Part shown: positions 30,347-37,798 of the stretch, piece after piece
Position numbering within the stretch: the first letter of the stretch is position 1
Layout of the letters: each line of letters opens with the position of its first letter
Source of the DNA: Thermoanaerobaculaceae bacterium
GTDB lineage: Bacteria > Acidobacteriota > Thermoanaerobaculia > Multivoradales > UBA5704
Length of the DNA stretch: 64,000 nucleotides
Direction of reading: 5' to 3'
Assembly (NCBI GenBank): GCA_963778565.1
Contig: CAVZUZ010000012.1
Span: forward strand, 795,764-859,763
Program-made: the position numbers and the translations under genes
Notes under the pieces: generated by a model
Seen by the model: only the letters and a program-made list of their open reading frames with translations
Database searches by the model: none
Told to the model about the DNA's origin: nothing

Positions 30347-33300
30347 ATGTCCCGATCCCTCATGATGCTTGGTTCGACCGTTCTCGCCGCCCTCGGGCTC
30401 GCCGGCGGTCTCTCGGTTGATGCTTCGAAACCCGGCGAGTCTCGGCCCGCCGCCGGCTTCGCTTCCGCCTCGTTCAGGTTCCCGAAGGTATCCGTCGACG
30501 AGCCGGCGGCTGAATCGGCCGCGCCGATCAGCCTCACCGCGTCCGACGGTACGGGTCTCACCCTGGTGGGCCTGGAGGCGAACGGGGTTCTCGAGCCGCC
30601 TCTGGCCTTCACCGAGCTGCATCTGACGTTCGAAAACCCCCGCAACGAGATCATCGAGGGCCGTTTTCGCATCGGCCTGCCGCCGGGCGCGGCGCTCTCC
30701 CGCTTCGCCATGAAGATCGGCGACGCCTGGCAGGAGGGCGAGGTGGTGGAGCGCCAGCGCGCCCGACGGGTTTACGAGGACTTCCTCCATCGCCGGCAGG
30801 ACCCGGCGCTGCTCGAGCAGGAAGCGGGCAACGAGTTCTCGGCCCGCGTCTTCCCCATCCCGGCGCGCGGCCGCAAGGAGCTGATCGTCTCCTACTCGCA
30901 CGCCATGGCGCGCTCGGACGAGGCGTACGTCCTTCCTCTCCAGGGTCTCTCGGAGATCGGCCGGCTCGACATCCGCGTGCTTCTCGGCGAGCGCCCCGTC
31001 GCGCCCGCCGAGGAGGCCGGGGCGAGCAATCTCGGCGGCGAGGTGAGCGACCGCCGCCTCGTCGAGCTGCACAAGCGGGACTGGACCCCGGACCGCGACT
31101 TCGAGATCGCTCAGAGCCGCGTCGCCGGACGCGCGGGGCTGCGTCACGCCAATCTCGCGGTAGTGCGCGTCTCGCCGCCCGTCGAGGCCGCGCCGCAGGA
31201 GATCTCCGGCCTCTACGTGCTGGTCGATTCGAGCGCCTCGCGCGCCCTCGGCTACGCCACCCAGGTGCGCCGGCTCGGCGAGCTGATCACCGGCTTGCGC
31301 GACGGCGCGGGAGGCGCGACGCCGGTGGGCGTCGCCGCCTTCGATCAGGAGGTGATATCGATCTTCGAAGGTACGGCGAGCGGCTTCGGCCAGGCGGAGC
31401 TGGAGCGTCTCGGCGCGCGCCGGCCGCTCGGCGCTTCCGATCTCCACCGCGCGCTCGGCTGGCTCGGCAACCGGTTGGCCAACAATATGGCCAACAATAT
31501 GGCCAACAATACTGGCAAGCATCCGCGCGTGCTGCTGATCACCGACGGCGTCGCCACGGCCGGCGACACCGAGACCCGCGCCCTCAAGGCGGCGGTGCGG
31601 GCGCTCGGCGCCAAGGGCGTCGACCGTCTCGACGTTCTGGCCGTGGGCGGCCTGCGCGACGAGGCCGTGCTGCGCGAGCTGACGACCGGCAACCTGGCGC
31701 ACGACGGCCAGCGCATCGACGGTGGCGCTCCCCTCGCCGACATCGCCCGCCGGCTCACGCTCGCCTGCCGCTCCGGAATCAAAGTCGAAGTCGAAGGAGC
31801 CGGCTGGGTGTGGCCCGAGACGCTCGACGGCGTGCAGCCCGGCGACGAGACGCTGGTCTACGCCGATCTGCCGGCGGGCCGGCCGTTCCGCCTCACGCTC
31901 GGCGGCAAGACCGTGGCGCTCGCGGACAAGCTGGCGACCGCCGAGCGGCCGCTGCTCGAGCGGGCCTGGGTGCAGGCGCGCATCGAGCGGATGCTGCATC
32001 TGCGCGAGGCCGCGCTCGGCGCCGACGACGACCTGCGCCGCGCCCTGGGGCTGCAGATCACCGAGCTGAGCGTGAAGCACCGCGTGCTGAGCCCGTTCAC
32101 CGCCATGCTGGTGCTGGAGACCGAGTGGGATTACGCGCGCTTCGGCCTCGAGCGGCGCGCCCTCGCCAACATCCTCACCGTGGGACCCGGCGGGCTGGAC
32201 GTGCTCGCTCGCTCGCGCGCCGCGGTGTCCCAAGACACCCGGGTCGCGGCGAAGCTCGGGGAAGCTCGACCGACGTCGGATCCGAGTCGCTGGAAGGCGA
32301 GCCGGGCTCCGAAGGTCCCGGGGCTCAGGACTTCGAGGGTGTCCCGGGTGGTATCGAAGGCGGGGTCGCAGGCGGGATAGTCGGCGGCGTCCCCGGTGGC
32401 GTGCCGAGCGCTGCGTTGGCGGCGCCGCCGCCCGAGCCGTCGCAGGTCATCCCACGGGTCGAAACCGAGGAAGCCCTTCGCGTCGGGCAGCCTGTCGAAG
32501 CACCTAATGAGCTGCCTGCCGTGGCACCCGAGGCGCGGCCCGACAGCGACCGGATTCAGCTCGACGAGCAACGGAAGGAGAAGCGCATCGAGCCCTACAG
32601 CGGCCGTTTCGCCGAGGTGATGGCTCACCTCGCCGCTCGCCGCATCGCGCAGGCGCGCACCGTCGCCGAGGCCTGGATCAAGGAGTCGCCGGGTGACGTG
32701 CTGGCCCTGCTGGCGCTCGGCGAGGTGTGGGAAGCCGCGGGTGAGACGACCGCGGCGGCGCGGGCTTACGGCTCGCTGATCGATCTCTTCCCGAGCCGCG
32801 CCGACCTGCGGCGGTTGGCGGGCGAGCGCCTCGAGCGGCTCGGCAAGGCGGGGCTCGAGCTGGCGATCGATACCTATCAGAAGGCCGTCCTCGACCGGCC
32901 GGACCACGCCACCGGCCATCGGCTCCTCGCCTGGGCGCTGCTGCGCGCCGGCCGCTCTGCCGAGGCCTTCGAAGCGCTCGAAAAGGGCATCGAGCAGGAA
33001 TATCCGCAAGGCCGCTTCGCCGGCCTCGACCAGGTCATGAAGGAGGACCTGGGCCTCCTCGCGTCTGCCTGGCTGTTCGCCGAGCCGGCCAGGCGCCAGG
33101 AGGTGCTCGACCGCCTTCAGGCGCAAGGCGCGCAGCTCGCCGGCGAGCCCTCCCTGCGTTTCGTCCTCTCCTGGGAGACGGACGCCAACGACGTCGACCT
33201 CCACGTCTACGACCGTCGCGGCAATCATGCCTATTACGGAGCCAAGGCGCTGTCCTCCGGCGGCGAGCTGTACGCCGACGTCACCACGGGCTACGGTCCC

Positions 33301-33537
33301 GAGTGCTTCGCGGTGAAAGAGCCGCCGGACCGCGGCGCCGCGCCGTACAAGCTGGCGGTCCACTACTACCGGCGCGGACCGATGGGCTACGGCATGGGGA
33401 TCATCCACGTCGTCGGCCACGACGGCAAAGGCGGCCTCTCCGTGGAGCCGCGGCCGTTCGTGGTCATGGCCGACAACGCCATGGTGGACGTGGGCTCGGT
33501 GGCGACGGGCGAGGCGGTTCGGGGCGGCGGGAAGTAG
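30347..33537 (+). pseudogene. VIT + von Willebrand A + TPR + DUF2135(YfaP-like) multidomain protein, one frame break
   Basis: VIT (LHLTFENPRNEIIEGRFRIGLPPGAALSRFAM), vWA (LYVLVDSSASR...VLLITDGVATAG), and in the other frame TPR helices plus SWETDANDVDLHVYD...DVTTGYGPECF. The frame switches at about 32250-32270. Confidence 0.8.
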
Positions 33538-33564
33538 AGCCGCTGGACAGGTCTCCAAAAATTG

Positions 33565-33608
33565 GACAAGGACGGAAAGGACAGCAAGGACTTCAAGGAC
33601 GAAAGACA
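33565..33608. repeat. AAGGAC-rich repeat, half copy
   Basis: GGACAAGGACGGAAAGGACAGCAAGGACTTCAAGGACGAAAGAC. No complementary arm follows. Confidence 0.6.
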
Positions 33609-33644
33609 GATCATTCCGCGCCGGGCGGGCTCGTGGCAACGCTA

Positions 33645-33658
33645 TTGACAACTGTCAA
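33645..33658 (+). promoter_or_regulatory. Perfect palindrome TTGACA-AC-TGTCAA (-35-like box / operator candidate) 24 nt upstream of ATG 33682
   Basis: Read directly from the sequence. A function is not demonstrated. Confidence 0.3.
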
Positions 33659-33681
33659 TCGCCTGCCGTACCCTGTTTGGC

Positions 33682-34551
33682 ATGCCGGAGCTGACGCCCT
33701 CGTTCCTGCTCGGAAACCCGAATCTGGTCCTCGCCGAGGCGCCGTGGTGCGCGACTCTCGACAACCTGGAGCTGACCATCCTGCTGCTCGCTCAGCCGTG
33801 GGCCACCGCCGGCACCGGCCTGCGGCGAGCCGCGCTGGAGCGGCAACTGGCGAGTCTCGACCTACCTCTCGGACCTATCTACTTCCAGCGCATCAAGCGG
33901 GCGGTGACGCGGTTGGAGGAGATCGGCGTCCTGGATGGCTGGGGCGAGGGCCGTTCCCGCAGGTTCGTCGTGACTCCGGAAGGCTTCGCCGCCCTGCTGC
34001 TGAACCTCTGCGTACTGCGCGCCGATCCGACGCTCGACGGTAGCGAGTTTGAGCTCAAACGGTCGCTGGTGGCCACGTTGAACCGCTTCTTCGAGAAGCT
34101 TTCAGAACGGCCAGAAGAACCGCCGCTATCTCCCAAGACCGAAGGGTTCCTTTCCGACGTGGAGCAGCTCGTCGTCGGCGGCGAGCCGGTGATCACCGAG
34201 GAGATCGAAAGGGAGGCCTTGAACGTCCTGCACCTGATCGACAAGCAGCGCCAACAAGTAGAGCGGCTGCTGAATTCGGCGAAAGAGCGCCAAGCGTGCA
34301 AGGAGAGCCGGACCGGGTCTCTGTCGGAGGCCGACCTGGAGCGGATCGCCGAGGCGGGGTTCGGCGACGTCCTTGCTCTGCTCGGCAATGAGCTGGACGT
34401 ATCCGAGCCGGTAGATTCTCCATGGCTCGGCTACGCCGCCACCGTGCTGCGTTACGAGCAGTATCTGCGCTACCTGGAAGAGCTGGCCTCGCTGTACGCC
34501 GGCGAGCTCAAGACGGTCGGGATTCGCGGTTTTCCGAGGAGGAGGGCGTAA
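33682..34551 (+). CDS. Hypothetical protein, translationally coupled to the SecA paralog
   Basis: 289-aa ORF whose stop TAA overlaps the next ATG (TAATG at 34549-34553). No family was recognised. Confidence 0.65.
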   Translation: MPELTPSFLLGNPNLVLAEAPWCATLDNLELTILLLAQPWATAGTGLRRAALERQLASLDLPLGPIYFQRIKRAVTRLEEIGVLDGWGEGRSRRFVVTPEGFAALLLNLCVLRADPTLDGSEFELKRSLVATLNRFFEKLSERPEEPPLSPKTEGFLSDVEQLVVGGEPVITEEIEREALNVLHLIDKQRQQVERLLNSAKERQACKESRTGSLSEADLERIAEAGFGDVLALLGNELDVSEPVDSPWLGYAATVLRYEQYLRYLEELASLYAGELKTVGIRGFPRRRA

Positions 34552-37142
34552 TGAGCAGTCCCCGCTGGTGGCTCCAATCCGGCGCGAAGTCCTCGCGGAA
34601 GGAGCTCGCGCCGTACCTGCCGCGGCTCGACGCCATCAACGCCCGCGAGGCGGAGATGGCGGGGCTGGCGGATGCCGAGCTGAGCGAGCGGACGCGGGCC
34701 CTTCGCGAGCGAGCCCGGAGCGGCGAGGCGCTCGACGCGCTGCTCCCGGAGTGGTTCGCCCTGGTGCGCGAGACGGCCCGGCGGACGCTCGGCGAACGGC
34801 CTTACGAGGTGCAGCTCCTGGCCGGCATCGCCATGCACGAAGGCAAGCTGGTGGAGATGCAGACCGGCGAAGGCAAGACCCTGGCGGCCGTCGCGCCGGT
34901 GGCGCTCCATGCCTTGGCCGGCCGCGGCGTGCACGTGCTCACCTACAACGACTACCTGGCCCGCCGCGACGCCGATTGGATGGGTCCCATCTTTCAGCGG
35001 CTCGGGCTCACCGTCGGCTGCGTGCAGGAGGGACTGACGCCGGAGGCGCGGCGGCGGGCCTATGGCTGCGACGTCACCTACGTCACGGTCAAGGAGGCCG
35101 GGTTCGATTACCTGCGCGACGGCCTCTGCCTCGAACCGTCCGGCCAGGTCCACCGGCCGTTCCATTTCGCCCTGGTCGACGAGGCCGACTCGCTGCTCAT
35201 CGACGAGGCGCGGATTCCGCTGGTGATCGCCGGCAACGTCGACGAGGCGGCGATCGATCTCCTGCGTCTGACCGAGGTGGCCCGCAAGCTCGAGCGGGGC
35301 GTCGACTTCGATCTCGACGAGTACGCCCGCAACATTTTTCTCACCGACCGGGGAGCGGAGCGGGCCGAGGCGCTGCTGCGCTGCGAGGACCTCTTCGCCG
35401 CCGAGAACGTGCGGCTCCTCGCCGAGCTGCGCAACGCCCTGCATGCCGAGGCGCTGCTGCGTCGCGACGTGGACTACATCGTGCGCGAAGGCCGTCTGGA
35501 GCTGGTGGACGAGCTGACCGGCCGGGTGGCCGAGAACCGTCTCTGGCCCGACGGCTTGCAGGCGGCCCTGGAGGCCAAGGAGGGGCTGCTTTTGCGGCCG
35601 GAAGGCAGGATTCTCGACTCACTCACCATCCAGCTCTTCCTGCAGAAATACCCGCGCCTGTGCGGCATGACCGGCACGGCGCGGCCCGCGGCCGCCGAGC
35701 TGGCCGAGGTCTACGGTGTCCAGGTGCTGGCGGTGCCGACTCACCGGCCGTCGATCCGCATCGATCATCCCGACGTGTTCTTCGGTACGCGCGAGGCGAA
35801 GCGGCAGGCCCTGCTGGAGGAGATCGGCCGCGTCCATGCGGCCGGGCGGCCGATCCTGGTCGGCACGGTCAGCGTCGAGGAGTCGGAGCGCCTGGCCGGC
35901 GATCTCCGGCTGGCCGGGATCGACTGCCGGGTGCTCAACGCCAGGAACGACGCCGAGGAGGCCGAGATCGTCGCGGAAGCCGGAGCGCCGGGGGCAGTAA
36001 CCATCTCCACCAACATGGCGGGCCGCGGCACCGACATCCGGCTCGGCGGCTCGGGCGAACGGCATCGCGATCCCGTGGTGGCCCTCGGCGGGCTTTACGT
36101 CATCGGCACCAACCGCCACGAGAGCCGGCGGATCGACGATCAGCTCCGGGGCCGCGCCGGCCGGCAGGGAGATCCCGGGACATCCCGCTTCTTCATCAGC
36201 CTCGAGGACGACCTCATGCAGCGCTACGGGATCGAGAAGCTGCTGCCGGCGAGGTTCTTCCGCGAGCCCGCCGCCGATCATCCCCATCGCGTCATCGAGC
36301 GCGAGGTGGCGCGGGTCCAGCGCATCGTCGAAGGGCAGCACGGCGATCTGCGCAAGCGGCTGCTCGCCGCCTCGCGCGTGCTCGAGCGCCAGCGCGCCAG
36401 GCTCCAGGAGTGGCGCCAAGAGGTGCTGGAGGAACGGGACGAGGAGAGCCTGCTGGCCGAGCGGAGCCCGCGATGGCAAGGGTTGGGCGCCGCCTTCGGC
36501 GAGAATCTTTTGCGGAGCATCGAGAGGCGCATCACCCTGATCACCCTCGACCGCAACTGGAGCCATCACCTGGCCGACATGCAGGCGTTCCGCGACGAGG
36601 TCTACCTCGTGCAGCTCGACGGGCGGGACCCCTTCGCCGAGTTCTACCGCACGGCGGACAAGGCGTTCGACGAGCTTCTCGAGCGGATCGACGACGACAT
36701 CGTCGAGATCTTCGAGCGGGTGGAGATCACGGCGGCCGGCGTCGACTGGGAGCGCGAGGGATTGCTCGGTCCCTCCTCCACCTGGACCTACCTGGTCAAC
36801 GACAACGTCTTCAGCGGCAACACGTTCCTGACGATGGCGACCCGCGCCTCCTTCGGCCTGTGGGCGGTCCTCATCTGTTGGCCGCTGCTGTTGCTGTGGG
36901 GGCTCGGCCAGCATTGGCGGCGGTGGCGTGCCCTCAGAAGCCCTCACCTCCCCGGCCCTCCTCTCCCTGAGGGAGAGGAGGGGGAAAGAAAAAGCTACGG
37001 TTTTTCTTCCTTCTCCCCTCTCTCCCCTCGGGAGAGAGGGGCCGGGGGAGTGAGGGCTTCGAAGGGCATAACCCTGAAAATTCACAACCCTCTGGGAAAG
37101 GCGGATTACAATAATAAGATCTCCCAAAGGAGAATCCCATGA
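34551..37142 (+). CDS. Divergent SecA-family ATPase paralog with C-terminal hydrophobic segment
   Basis: SecA motifs: PYEVQLLAGIAMHEGKLVEMQTGEGKTL, VHVLTYNDYLARRDADWMGP, FALVDEADSLLIDEARIPLVI, TISTNMAGRGTDIRLGG, RIDDQLRGRAGRQGDPG. The C-terminus has FGLWAVLICWPLLLLWGL, and the last ~65 codons run through a hairpin repeat. Confidence 0.85.
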   Translation: MSSPRWWLQSGAKSSRKELAPYLPRLDAINAREAEMAGLADAELSERTRALRERARSGEALDALLPEWFALVRETARRTLGERPYEVQLLAGIAMHEGKLVEMQTGEGKTLAAVAPVALHALAGRGVHVLTYNDYLARRDADWMGPIFQRLGLTVGCVQEGLTPEARRRAYGCDVTYVTVKEAGFDYLRDGLCLEPSGQVHRPFHFALVDEADSLLIDEARIPLVIAGNVDEAAIDLLRLTEVARKLERGVDFDLDEYARNIFLTDRGAERAEALLRCEDLFAAENVRLLAELRNALHAEALLRRDVDYIVREGRLELVDELTGRVAENRLWPDGLQAALEAKEGLLLRPEGRILDSLTIQLFLQKYPRLCGMTGTARPAAAELAEVYGVQVLAVPTHRPSIRIDHPDVFFGTREAKRQALLEEIGRVHAAGRPILVGTVSVEESERLAGDLRLAGIDCRVLNARNDAEEAEIVAEAGAPGAVTISTNMAGRGTDIRLGGSGERHRDPVVALGGLYVIGTNRHESRRIDDQLRGRAGRQGDPGTSRFFISLEDDLMQRYGIEKLLPARFFREPAADHPHRVIEREVARVQRIVEGQHGDLRKRLLAASRVLERQRARLQEWRQEVLEERDEESLLAERSPRWQGLGAAFGENLLRSIERRITLITLDRNWSHHLADMQAFRDEVYLVQLDGRDPFAEFYRTADKAFDELLERIDDDIVEIFERVEITAAGVDWEREGLLGPSSTWTYLVNDNVFSGNTFLTMATRASFGLWAVLICWPLLLLWGLGQHWRRWRALRSPHLPGPPLPEGEEGERKSYGFSSFSPLSPRERGAGGVRASKGITLKIHNPLGKADYNNKISQRRIP
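36941..37060. repeat. GGGAGAGG-type hairpin repeat inside the 3' end of the SecA-like ORF
   Basis: CCCTCACCTCCCCGGCCCTCCTCTCCCTGAGGGAGAGGAGG...CCCCTCTCTCCCCTCGGGAGAGAGGGGCCGGGGGAGTGAGGG. Confidence 0.8.
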
Positions 37143-37786
37143 CCGAACCGACGTCTGCGAGCCCGGCGCAGACCCAAGGCCTCGACGTGAGCCACTTCCA
37201 GGGTACGGTGGACTGGCAGCAGGTGGCCCAGGCCGGCTATGCGTTCGCGTTCATCAAGGCGACCGACGGCATCACCTACACCGATCCGATGTTCGCGGCG
37301 AACTGGAGCGGCGCCAAGGCGGCAGGGCTGCTGCGGGGTGCGTACCACTTCTTCGAGGCGAACGACGATCCGCAGCAACAGGCGGAGAATTTCCTCAACG
37401 CCGTCACCCTCGAACCCGGGGACCTGCCGCCGGTGCTCGACGTCGAGTCCTCGGCGACGAGCGGCCAGGTTGCCACCGCCACCATCATCCAGAACATCGC
37501 GGCCTGGCTGCAGGCCGTCGAGCAGGCGACCGGCCTCACGCCCATCCTCTATACCAATTCCGGATACTGGAACAGCCTCGCGACGACGGCGCTCAGCAGC
37601 TATCCGCTGTGGGTGGCGGAGTATGGCGTGACCAGCCCCACCCTTCCCTTGGGATGGACGAGCTGGACCTTCTGGCAGCTCTCGCAAAGCGGACAGATTG
37701 CGGGCATCTCCACCGCGGTGGATCTCGACCTCTTTCAGGGAAGCCTGCAGGACTTCCAAGGGCTGTCGACCGTGGAGAAGTCCTGA
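37139..37786 (+). CDS. GH25-family muramidase (lysozyme), no signal peptide
   Basis: AAGGAG RBS. GLDVSHFQGTVDWQQVAQAGYAFAFIKATDGITYTDPMF...GAYHFF is the GH25 signature. The ATG overlaps the upstream stop (ATGA). Confidence 0.85.
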   Translation: MTEPTSASPAQTQGLDVSHFQGTVDWQQVAQAGYAFAFIKATDGITYTDPMFAANWSGAKAAGLLRGAYHFFEANDDPQQQAENFLNAVTLEPGDLPPVLDVESSATSGQVATATIIQNIAAWLQAVEQATGLTPILYTNSGYWNSLATTALSSYPLWVAEYGVTSPTLPLGWTSWTFWQLSQSGQIAGISTAVDLDLFQGSLQDFQGLSTVEKS

Positions 37787-37798
37787 GGACGTTTCCTC

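Noticed and set aside
29783-32233. 816-aa ORF on the minus strand
   Set aside because: It is antisense to the VIT-vWA gene. Its composition (Arg/Gly/Ala-rich, no motifs) is typical of high-GC shadow ORFs.
20650-32270. Programmed ribosomal +1 frameshifting at AAGCTCG
   Set aside because: The heptamer sits in different codon phases at different sites and is inverted at one site, and a tandem pair would need two consecutive shifts. The many in-frame copies in intact genes show no shift.
35619-37127. 502-aa minus-strand ORF, and the alternative-frame 800-aa ORF 34568..36970
   Set aside because: They are shadow or alternative frames of the SecA-like gene. They are Arg/Pro/Gly-rich, whereas the SecA frame carries all motor motifs.
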